Of a stretch of 64,000 nt of DNA, positions 53,184 through 61,041 are shown piece after piece (within the stretch, counting starts at the first letter, position 1; each line of letters begins with the position of its first letter). Source of the DNA: Draconibacterium orientale (lineage in GTDB: Bacteria > Bacteroidota > Bacteroidia > Bacteroidales > FEN-979). The stretch is taken from NCBI GenBank assembly GCA_020718225.1, contig DYSO01000002.1, positions 5,361 through 69,360 of the forward strand, in the 5' to 3' direction. The notes beneath the pieces are model-generated. The model ran no database searches, had not been told where the DNA came from, and saw nothing but the letters and a program-made list of their open reading frames with translations. The translations under genes and the position numbers were made by a program.

Positions 53184-54383
53184 TTAATGACCTTCCCTCT
53201 GTAACGCTTTTTCTTTTGTATCCACCGGAATAATGGTTGAACGTTGAAACTCTATGCTCTCTGAAAACACCTTCCGGTAAGTAATATGCCTTTTTGCAAA
53301 GGTGGCCCCCACCGATTCGTGAAGGGCACGCATTTTGGGATTAAAGTCGCCTACCCATGAAAGTTCCAGTTCGGTAATATGCGGTTTTTTCTTCATCTTT
53401 TCGTTCAGGTGCCAGAAAATTCCGGATTCAAGCCCAAACCTTTGATATTTCGGCTTTACGCCCATGATCACGATCCGTGTCCGCGTCATGGTTTTTTTTG
53501 ATTTGAGATAGAAAAAGCGCAATTTGTTCCAAAGATGCAATTTGCCATGGAGGTGTTTCAGTATCTGGTTGACATCCGGGAACTGGACCAGGAATGCGGC
53601 CGGTTCTTTATCGTGATAAGCAAACCAGATCATTTCAGGATCAACAAATGATCGTGCCTTTTCAAGGGTACGGTGAAGGGTGGATTCATCCATTGGGGTA
53701 AAATTCTCGTGGAACTTCCATGCATCGTCATAGATCTCTTTCAAATCATGCATGAACTTATCTGCCTGGGCATAGGTAAAATGATGAAAGGAAAGCTCCG
53801 GTTTTTTCATGGCCCATTCTGCAATTTTCCAAAATCGTTCCGGAAAGGGTTTGGTAAGGTCCAGATGATTGGAAACCTGTTCAAAGTAATATTTGAAACC
53901 ATAGGCCTCAAAAAGATCTTTGTACCAGGGGGGATTATAATTCATGCCAAATCCCGGATGGATAAAGCCATCTACCAGCAAACCCCAATTAACATCATTT
54001 TCGCCAAAATTGATCGGGCCATCCATGGCCTGCATCCCCCGGGCTGCCAACCAGTCGCGGCAACCATTAAAAAGAAGGAAAGCTGCCTCCTGGTCGCGGA
54101 TACATTCAAAAAAACCCATCCCCCCTGTCGGTTGCTGAAATGTATATGCCTTGCGTTTATTGATAAAAGCCGCAACCCTTCCAATCACTTCGCCACCATC
54201 GCCGGTCAATATCCACCGGGTGGCCTCTCCGTGTTGAAAAAAACTGTTTGTCAACGGATTAAAAACGGATTCTGTTTCGCGGTCCAATGGACGTATATAA
54301 AAAGGGTCACCTTTATAAATAGTATCAACCATGTTTAAAAACTGACGTCGTGTCTTTTGGTTGGCAACTTCTATCAATTTCAT
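53184..54383 (-). CDS. Hypothetical protein, possibly a GNAT-like acyltransferase-fold family
   Basis: 399-aa ORF. The N-terminal pattern FLNMVDTIYKGDPFYIRPLDRETESVF recalls an uncharacterised Bacteroidota family that is often labelled GNAT. This call is from memory and is weak. Confidence 0.35.
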   Translation of the reverse strand: MKLIEVANQKTRRQFLNMVDTIYKGDPFYIRPLDRETESVFNPLTNSFFQHGEATRWILTGDGGEVIGRVAAFINKRKAYTFQQPTGGMGFFECIRDQEAAFLLFNGCRDWLAARGMQAMDGPINFGENDVNWGLLVDGFIHPGFGMNYNPPWYKDLFEAYGFKYYFEQVSNHLDLTKPFPERFWKIAEWAMKKPELSFHHFTYAQADKFMHDLKEIYDDAWKFHENFTPMDESTLHRTLEKARSFVDPEMIWFAYHDKEPAAFLVQFPDVNQILKHLHGKLHLWNKLRFFYLKSKKTMTRTRIVIMGVKPKYQRFGLESGIFWHLNEKMKKKPHITELELSWVGDFNPKMRALHESVGATFAKRHITYRKVFSESIEFQRSTIIPVDTKEKALQREGH

Positions 54384-54489
54384 ATTGCAATGATTAAATA
54401 ATTGTATAACAGAATGTTAACAAAGTTTCGAAAGGATTGGGCCAATGACCGGGTTACAAAAATACAATTATTCACTTCATCTTATTATA

Positions 54490-54497
54490 TATCTTTG
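54490..54497 (+). promoter_or_regulatory. Bacteroidota -7 promoter box (TAnnTTTG) for the LptF/G-family gene
   Basis: TATCTTTG lies 27 nt upstream of the ATG at 54525. This argues against the upstream TTG start at 54402. Confidence 0.55.
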
Positions 54498-54524
54498 CAC
54501 GGGTGCACAAAGGGCATAAAGGGC

Positions 54525-55985
54525 ATGATGAAAAAACTTGATCTGTTTATCCTAAAATCCTATCTCGGGCCATTGGTGATGACCTTTTTTATCGCCCTGT
54601 TTATCCTTTTAATGCAATTTGTATGGAAGTACATCGACGACCTTGTTGGCAAAGGGCTTGAATGGTACATCATTGTGAAATTGCTGTTTTATGCGTCATC
54701 CACTTTTGTCCCCCTTGCCCTTCCTCTGGCTATTTTACTGTCGTCGCTGATGATGTTCGGAAACCTGGGTGAACACTATGAACTGGTAAGCATGAAGGCT
54801 GCCGGGATCAGCCTGAACAGGATCATGCGCCCGCTGATTGTTGTCTCGGTTATGATCAGTATGCTGGCTTTTTATTTTGCCAATGTCGTCCTGCCGGTAG
54901 CCAACCTCAAATTTTTATCCCTTCTTTACGATGTCAGGGAAAAAAAACTGGCTTTCAACCTGAAAGAGGGGGTTTTTTATGATGGTATCGAAGGGTTTGT
55001 GATCCGGGTAGGAGAAAAAGACAACGATGGCAATACCATACGCGATGTCATGGTTTACGACCATACCAAACATCTGGGAAACATTTCCCTTACGGCTGCA
55101 AAATGGGGAAAAATGGAACTTTCACCCGATAAACGCTACCTTGTATTCAGACTTTTTGACGGCACCAACTATGAAGAACGGATTGACCTGAGGGGCAATG
55201 AACTGACCCGGCCCTTTCAACGGACCCGGTTTTCTGAACAATATCAAATGTTTGACCTCTCCACGTTTCAACTGACACGAACCGATGAAAATTTATTCAA
55301 GAAAAATTACGAGATGCAAAACATAGATCAGTTGAGCAAATCCATCGATTCTATTAAAAACCAACTTAAAACCGATAAGCTAAACTACGATCTGGGATAC
55401 ACCAATAACCTGCCATTGTATAGCCTGCTTGTCACCACCCGTTCTCCGGATACCAGTCCCCCGGATACCTTAAAAAACGTAAAACCGAAAAAATTCATTG
55501 CCGACATCCTCACCTATTTTCCTTCTAAAGAACAGTTGGCAATCCTGGAAACAGCCAAAAACAGCGCTGTTAACGTCAAACAGAACCTCGACATCCAGCA
55601 TGATAACCTCTTGACAAAAAGCAAATTGATATACAACCACCAGATTGTTTTTCATAAAAAGTTTGCTTTTTCCTTTGCCTGTTTTCTTCTTTTTTTTATC
55701 GGGGCGCCATTGGGGGCCATAATCCGTAAAGGGGGACTGGGAATGCCGGCTGTGATTTCAACCCTTTTCTTCATTCTGTACTGGGTCATATCTTTCATGG
55801 GCGAAAAATATTCGGCAGAAGGGGTACTACCCTCCTGGCAGGGCATGTGGATATCTTCTGCCGTGCTCCTTCCCATCGGTATTTTCCTTACCATTAAGGC
55901 GACCAACGATGCTTCATTGCTTGATATAGACGCATGGACCCGCTTTTTCAACAAATGGTTTAACCTTCCCAAACGGCGGCTATGA
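54525..55985 (+). CDS. LptF/LptG family permease (YjgP/YjgQ)
   Basis: The start is at MMKKLDLFILKSYLGPLVMTFFIALFILLMQFVW, typical of this family. It has three N-terminal TM helices, a periplasmic beta-jellyroll region and three C-terminal TM helices. Confidence 0.75.
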   Translation: MMKKLDLFILKSYLGPLVMTFFIALFILLMQFVWKYIDDLVGKGLEWYIIVKLLFYASSTFVPLALPLAILLSSLMMFGNLGEHYELVSMKAAGISLNRIMRPLIVVSVMISMLAFYFANVVLPVANLKFLSLLYDVREKKLAFNLKEGVFYDGIEGFVIRVGEKDNDGNTIRDVMVYDHTKHLGNISLTAAKWGKMELSPDKRYLVFRLFDGTNYEERIDLRGNELTRPFQRTRFSEQYQMFDLSTFQLTRTDENLFKKNYEMQNIDQLSKSIDSIKNQLKTDKLNYDLGYTNNLPLYSLLVTTRSPDTSPPDTLKNVKPKKFIADILTYFPSKEQLAILETAKNSAVNVKQNLDIQHDNLLTKSKLIYNHQIVFHKKFAFSFACFLLFFIGAPLGAIIRKGGLGMPAVISTLFFILYWVISFMGEKYSAEGVLPSWQGMWISSAVLLPIGIFLTIKATNDASLLDIDAWTRFFNKWFNLPKRRL

Positions 55986-57289
55986 AGATTCTTTTTTTAT
56001 GCAATAAATCGCCCTGGCCCCCGAAGGAAGGAGGGCCGATGGCCATGAATATGCTGGTGGAAGGCCTTCTGGCTGACGGCCATTCAGTAAAAGTGCTTGC
56101 CGTTAATTCATTTAAATACAACATCAACCTTTCGGACATCCCGCTCCCTTACCGGGAACAAACTGCCATTGAACTGATCCATGTCGATCTGAAACTCAGG
56201 CCATGGAAAGGGTTGACCAACCTTATAACCGGACAATCCTACCATGTGCAACGGTTTATTTCTGCAAATTTCAGAAAAAGGCTGGAAGAGATACTTCACC
56301 AGGAGGAGTATGATATTGTTCAATTGGAGACGCTCTTCATGAGCCCTTACATCGAAACGGTCCGGAACCATTCCCGTGCACGGATCCTACTCAGGGCACA
56401 CAATATCGAACACCGCATCTGGGAAAGGGTAGCCGATGATACGAAAAACCCTCTTCGCCGCTGGTATATCCGGCATCTCGCAAAAACCCTGAAAAGCTAC
56501 GAGCATAAGGTCATTCCTTCCTTCAACGGGATCATCGCCATCACTCCGACCGATGCTGAATATTTCACAGGACTGGCCGTAAAGAATCAAAAATCAAGAT
56601 TCAATATTCAAGTTTCAATTCAGAACCCGGACGAAACAGATAAAGTAAAACTACCACCCCATACCAATGATCCGATACCTGACAACCTTTTTCCTCCCGT
56701 AATCGACATCCCTTTTGGTGTTGACCCGGCGACCTACTCAGTAAACCAGGATGCCATAGAATTTCCTTCCCTTTTCACGTTGGGGGCCATGAACTGGATT
56801 CCCAACCAGGAAGGGGTCCGATGGTTTTTACAAAATGTTTGGCCCGATATCCACAAGGAATTTCCTTCCCTGAAATACTATCTGGCCGGCAGGGAGATGC
56901 CCCCATGGATGCACAACCTTAACCTCGACCAGGTAGTGGTATTGGGTGAGGTGGAAGATGCCCGTGAATTTATCTCCTCCAAAGCGGTGATGATCGTCCC
57001 GTTGTTTTCGGGAAGCGGCATCCGGATTAAAATTATCGAAGGGATGGCTTTGGGAACCGCGATCATATCTACAACCACAGGCGCTGAAGGGATCGATTAC
57101 AAGAAAAACGAAAATATCCTGATCGCCGATAGCCCCTGCGAATTTTTTGAAATGATCTCCATTGTTGTCCGGGACCGGGATTTGTGCCAAAGGATCGGGA
57201 AAGAGGCCCGAAAATTAATTGAAACAAAATACAATTCAGAAATCCTGATCCAAAAACTTATCGCTTTTTATAAACAACTCGCCCGGTAA
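55982..57289 (+). CDS. Glycosyltransferase family 4 (GT-B, Glycos_transf_1)
   Basis: 435-aa ORF whose ATG overlaps the upstream stop (ATGA). It has MKILFLCNKSPWPPKEGGPMA at the N-terminus and the E-x7-E region PLFSGSGIRIKIIEGMALG. Confidence 0.75.
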   Translation: MKILFLCNKSPWPPKEGGPMAMNMLVEGLLADGHSVKVLAVNSFKYNINLSDIPLPYREQTAIELIHVDLKLRPWKGLTNLITGQSYHVQRFISANFRKRLEEILHQEEYDIVQLETLFMSPYIETVRNHSRARILLRAHNIEHRIWERVADDTKNPLRRWYIRHLAKTLKSYEHKVIPSFNGIIAITPTDAEYFTGLAVKNQKSRFNIQVSIQNPDETDKVKLPPHTNDPIPDNLFPPVIDIPFGVDPATYSVNQDAIEFPSLFTLGAMNWIPNQEGVRWFLQNVWPDIHKEFPSLKYYLAGREMPPWMHNLNLDQVVVLGEVEDAREFISSKAVMIVPLFSGSGIRIKIIEGMALGTAIISTTTGAEGIDYKKNENILIADSPCEFFEMISIVVRDRDLCQRIGKEARKLIETKYNSEILIQKLIAFYKQLAR

Positions 57290-57301
57290 TGCACTTTTTT
57301 A

Positions 57302-57309
57302 TATTTTTG
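57302..57309 (+). promoter_or_regulatory. Bacteroidota -7 promoter box (TAnnTTTG) for the second glycosyltransferase
   Basis: TATTTTTG lies 19 nt upstream of the ATG at 57329. Confidence 0.5.
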
Positions 57310-57328
57310 CCTGCTACAAGCTATCTTC

Positions 57329-58489
57329 ATGCGAATATTTTTTCTTTTACCACGGGTCCCCTATCCTACTGAAAAGGGAGATAAATTAAGGGCCTTTCAT
57401 CAGATCAAACATCTTTCAAGACATCATGAAATTATACTCTGTGCCTTGAACGACGGGGTATTACATGAAGACGCCATCCCTGTATTAAAAAAATATGTGA
57501 AGGCCGTCCATATTATCCCTATTTCCAAAATTACCATTGTTTTTAACCTTATCAAGGCCTTGTTCTCCTGGAAACCTTTACAGGTAGGGTATTTTTACAA
57601 TTCATATTCGGTGAGGAAAGTCCATAAACTGATCGATCAGTACAAGCCAGACCATATTTTCTGTCAGCTTATCCGGGTTGCAGAATATGTTAAAGATATT
57701 CCCATTCCAAAAACGCTCGATTATCAGGACGTTTTCTCGAAAGGGGTTGAGCGGCGACTGGCCATTTCCCCTTTTTATCTGAAACCCTTTCTGAAAATCG
57801 AATATCAAAGGCTTCTCCGCTATGAACACATGGCATTTGAAGCCTTTGACCATAAGATCATAATCTCTGCGCCCGACCGCGACCTGATCCCCCATCCTGA
57901 TAAAAATAAAATTGTGGTTGTTGCCAATGGCGTTGATACCGACTTTTTCAAACCCGTGGAAGCCCGGAAACAATTCGACCTGGTCTTCACGGGGAACATG
58001 GGTTATCCACCCAACATCAAAAGCGCTGAATTTTTAGTCAATGAAATCCTCCCAAAAATAAGAGCGCACAAACCCGACCTCCGGTTGCTGATTGCCGGCG
58101 CAAATCCCCATCTTCGCGTTATGGTACTGAAATCACCACAGATAGAGGTCAGCGGATGGGTCCCCGATATGCGCGACTGCTACGCGGCTGCCCGGATTTT
58201 TATTGCCCCCATGCAAATCGGCACAGGACTGCAGAATAAATTGCTGGAAGCAATGGCCATGCAGATTCCCTGCATTACCTCCCCTCTGGCATTCCACGCA
58301 CTGAACGCAAAAGAGGGAGAAGAAATTCTGGTTGCCAGTACCCCCGACGAATACGCCCGTCATATCTTGTTCCTGTTGAATAATCCTGAAAAAGCACAGC
58401 AAATCGCAAAAAAAGGTTTCGATTTTGTCCACCGGAATTTCAATTGGGATAACGAGACCGATAAAATAGAGCGATTGATAGGGAGGTGA
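57329..58489 (+). CDS. Glycosyltransferase family 4 (GT-B, Glycos_transf_1)
   Basis: 386-aa ORF with MRIFFLLPRVPYPTEKGDKLRAFHQIKHLS and PMQIGTGLQNKLLEAMAMQIP. Confidence 0.75.
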   Translation: MRIFFLLPRVPYPTEKGDKLRAFHQIKHLSRHHEIILCALNDGVLHEDAIPVLKKYVKAVHIIPISKITIVFNLIKALFSWKPLQVGYFYNSYSVRKVHKLIDQYKPDHIFCQLIRVAEYVKDIPIPKTLDYQDVFSKGVERRLAISPFYLKPFLKIEYQRLLRYEHMAFEAFDHKIIISAPDRDLIPHPDKNKIVVVANGVDTDFFKPVEARKQFDLVFTGNMGYPPNIKSAEFLVNEILPKIRAHKPDLRLLIAGANPHLRVMVLKSPQIEVSGWVPDMRDCYAAARIFIAPMQIGTGLQNKLLEAMAMQIPCITSPLAFHALNAKEGEEILVASTPDEYARHILFLLNNPEKAQQIAKKGFDFVHRNFNWDNETDKIERLIGR

Positions 58490-58534
58490 GACGGGTTGGA
58501 CATGGGGACAAATTTTTTTAAATAAAACAGGGAT

Positions 58535-60211
58535 ATGTCCGACGATCGTAAAATCATCTTTTCCATGGTGGGTGTCTCCAAGAGTTATCCACCGCACAAA
58601 CAGGTACTGAAAAACATCTACCTTTCCTTCTTTTATGGGGCAAAAATCGGAATCATTGGCCTGAATGGGTCCGGTAAGTCAACATTAATGAAAATCATTG
58701 CCGGCGTTGAAAAATCGTTTCAGGGAGAGGTTGTTTTTTCACCCGGATACTCCGTGGGATATCTTGAACAGGACCCTTATCTGGACGACTCAAAAACCGT
58801 CAGGGAAATTGTAGAAGAGGGGGCCGGCGAAATAGTAAGCCTTCTCAAAGAGTACGAAACGGTCAACAACAGGTTCTCAGAACCCATGAGCGACGATGCG
58901 ATGGAAAAGCTCATCAACCGGCAGGGAGAACTTACGGAATTGTTAGACCAACACAATGGCTGGGAACTCGACAGCAAGCTTGACCGGGCCATGGACGCCC
59001 TCCGCTGCCCGGAGCCTGATTCGCCGGTTAAAAATTTATCGGGGGGCGAACGCCGCCGGGTTGCTTTGTGCCGTTTATTATTGCAGGAACCCGACATCCT
59101 GCTGCTCGATGAACCTACCAACCACCTTGACGCCGAATCGGTACAATGGCTTGAACTCCACCTGCAACAATACAAAGGGACTGTAATTGCCATCACCCAC
59201 GACCGCTATTTTCTCGATAACGCTGCCGGATGGATCCTGGAACTCGACCGTGGGGAAGGAATACCCTGGCAGGGAAATTATACCTCCTGGCTGGAACAGA
59301 AATCGACCCGCCTGGCCATGGAAGAAAAAACAGAAAGCAAACGCCGCAAAACCCTGGAACGGGAGCTGGAATGGGTCCGCATGTCCCCAAAAGCACGTCA
59401 GGCAAAGGGAAAAGCCCGTCTGAATGCCTATGATAAAATGATGAGCGAAGATATCAGGGAAAAAGAAGAACGTCTTGAATTATATATCCCCAATGGTCCC
59501 CGGCTGGGAAACCGGGTGATTGAAGCCATTGACGTTTCCAAATCATTCGACGACAAACTGCTTTTCGAAAAATTGAATTTTTCCCTTCCCCCGGCCGGGA
59601 TCGTGGGTGTTATCGGAGCCAACGGAGCAGGAAAAACAACACTCTTCCGCATGATCATGGGAGCAGAAACGGCATCTTCCGGTTCATTCTCCATCGGCGA
59701 AACAGTCAAAATAGGATATGTGGATCAAAGCCACACCGCCATCGACCCTGAAAAAACCGTTTTCCAGGTGATTTCCGGCGGGGCTGAAAACCTTCAAATG
59801 GGGGGCCGTACCATGAGCGCCCGCGCCTATGTTGCACGATTTAATTTCAGTGGCGCCGACCAGGAAAAAAAATGCGGCGTGCTGTCCGGCGGCGAACGCA
59901 ACCGCCTGCACCTGGCCCTGACCCTGAAAGAAGAGGCCAATGTCCTGCTCCTTGATGAACCAACCAACGACATCGATGTCAATACCCTTCGCGCCCTCGA
60001 AGAGGGATTGGATAATTTTGCCGGTTGCGCGGTGATCATCTCCCACGACCGATGGTTTCTCGACCGGATCGCTACCCATATCCTGGCTTTTGAAGGCGAT
60101 TCTCAGGTAGGTTTCTTTGAAGGGTCCTTTTCTGACTACGAAGAAAATAAGAAAAAAAGAATGGGCGATGATACGCCACACCGGATCCGGTATAAAAAGC
60201 TTAAGGGATAG
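58535..60211 (+). CDS. ettA: Energy-dependent translational throttle ABC-F ATPase EttA
   Basis: 558-aa ORF with two ABC cassettes (GLNGSGKST and LSGGERRRVAL; GANGAGKTT and LSGGERNRLHL). The EttA-type N-terminus is IFSMVGVSKSYPPHKQVLKNI, with an arm/linker region. Confidence 0.92.
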   Translation: MSDDRKIIFSMVGVSKSYPPHKQVLKNIYLSFFYGAKIGIIGLNGSGKSTLMKIIAGVEKSFQGEVVFSPGYSVGYLEQDPYLDDSKTVREIVEEGAGEIVSLLKEYETVNNRFSEPMSDDAMEKLINRQGELTELLDQHNGWELDSKLDRAMDALRCPEPDSPVKNLSGGERRRVALCRLLLQEPDILLLDEPTNHLDAESVQWLELHLQQYKGTVIAITHDRYFLDNAAGWILELDRGEGIPWQGNYTSWLEQKSTRLAMEEKTESKRRKTLERELEWVRMSPKARQAKGKARLNAYDKMMSEDIREKEERLELYIPNGPRLGNRVIEAIDVSKSFDDKLLFEKLNFSLPPAGIVGVIGANGAGKTTLFRMIMGAETASSGSFSIGETVKIGYVDQSHTAIDPEKTVFQVISGGAENLQMGGRTMSARAYVARFNFSGADQEKKCGVLSGGERNRLHLALTLKEEANVLLLDEPTNDIDVNTLRALEEGLDNFAGCAVIISHDRWFLDRIATHILAFEGDSQVGFFEGSFSDYEENKKKRMGDDTPHRIRYKKLKG

Positions 60212-60264
60212 AGAAGTAGCGAGGTAGCGAAATAGCGAGGTAGCGAAATAGCGAAATAGCGAAA
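60209..60264. repeat. Tandem array G: 7 units of the octamer TAGCGARR (the first unit is degenerate), strictly 8-nt periodic
   Basis: Read directly: tagagaag tagcgagg tagcgaaa tagcgagg tagcgaaa tagcgaaa tagcgaaa. The TAG of the first unit is the ettA stop codon (60209-60211). Confidence 0.9.
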
Positions 60265-60331
60265 TCGTTAAACCCTGAAATTTTTTGGGCTATTATTTGG
60301 TAGCAATGGAGAAGGTTTTCATAGAAGAAAT

Positions 60332-60835
60332 ATGATTAAAATCGACACCCGTTTACTTGACGAAATCTCTGCCCTTGGAAAGGCCTCTCCCCGCCGCCGG
60401 ATGAATTATAATTTTCACAAAGAATATTCAGATACCCTTCAGCGGATGCTCAATGCCATGGAGCCCTTTTCATATATTCAACCGCACAAACATGAAAATC
60501 CCGATAAACGGGAAGCTTTCTTAGCGCTTCGCGGAAGATTTGTTGTCATAGAATTCGACGAATTTGGAAATATTACCGATCACACCCTGCTTGACCCTTT
60601 GAAAGGAAACTTTGGCGCCGAAATTCCAAAGTGCACTTTTCATACCATCATTGCACTCGATCCGGATACCGTTGCCTATGAGGTCAAGGATGGACCTTAT
60701 TCACCCAATGACGATAAGAATTTTGCATCCTGGGCGCCAAAAGAGGGATCGCCGGAAGCTGATGATTATCTCCGGAATCTGCTCGATAAATGTAACTATT
60801 CCTTTCAAAATCAGCATCGGAACGTTTTAGAATAG
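60332..60835 (+). CDS. WbuC family cupin-fold metalloprotein
   Basis: 167-aa ORF with SPRRRMNYNFHKEYSDTLQRMLNAMEPFSYIQPHKHENPDKREAFLALRG, which is characteristic of the WbuC cupin family. Confidence 0.75.
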   Translation: MIKIDTRLLDEISALGKASPRRRMNYNFHKEYSDTLQRMLNAMEPFSYIQPHKHENPDKREAFLALRGRFVVIEFDEFGNITDHTLLDPLKGNFGAEIPKCTFHTIIALDPDTVAYEVKDGPYSPNDDKNFASWAPKEGSPEADDYLRNLLDKCNYSFQNQHRNVLE

Positions 60836-60872
60836 GTAACCATCAGAATCGGAACGTTTCAGGATTGGTAAC
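60810..60872. repeat. Tandem duplication of a 31-nt segment spanning the wbuC-family stop codon
   Basis: atcagcatcggaacgttttagaataggtaac (60810-60840) versus atcagaatcggaacgtttcaggattggtaac (60842-60872). 27 of 31 positions are identical. Confidence 0.8.
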
Positions 60873-61041
60873 GATTCGATTTTTTTCGTAAGGAAGGTTC
60901 CTGAAAGTTCGCTCCGAATGGAGCATCCAGGGTTATCGGAGATTGATTTAAAGATTGAGGTTTGTAAAAGATGCTATTTTCTAATCTACTCGCCCGAAAA
61001 ATTTGACCGGGGGTTTAACCCAAAAAGGGTCGGGGGTAATT

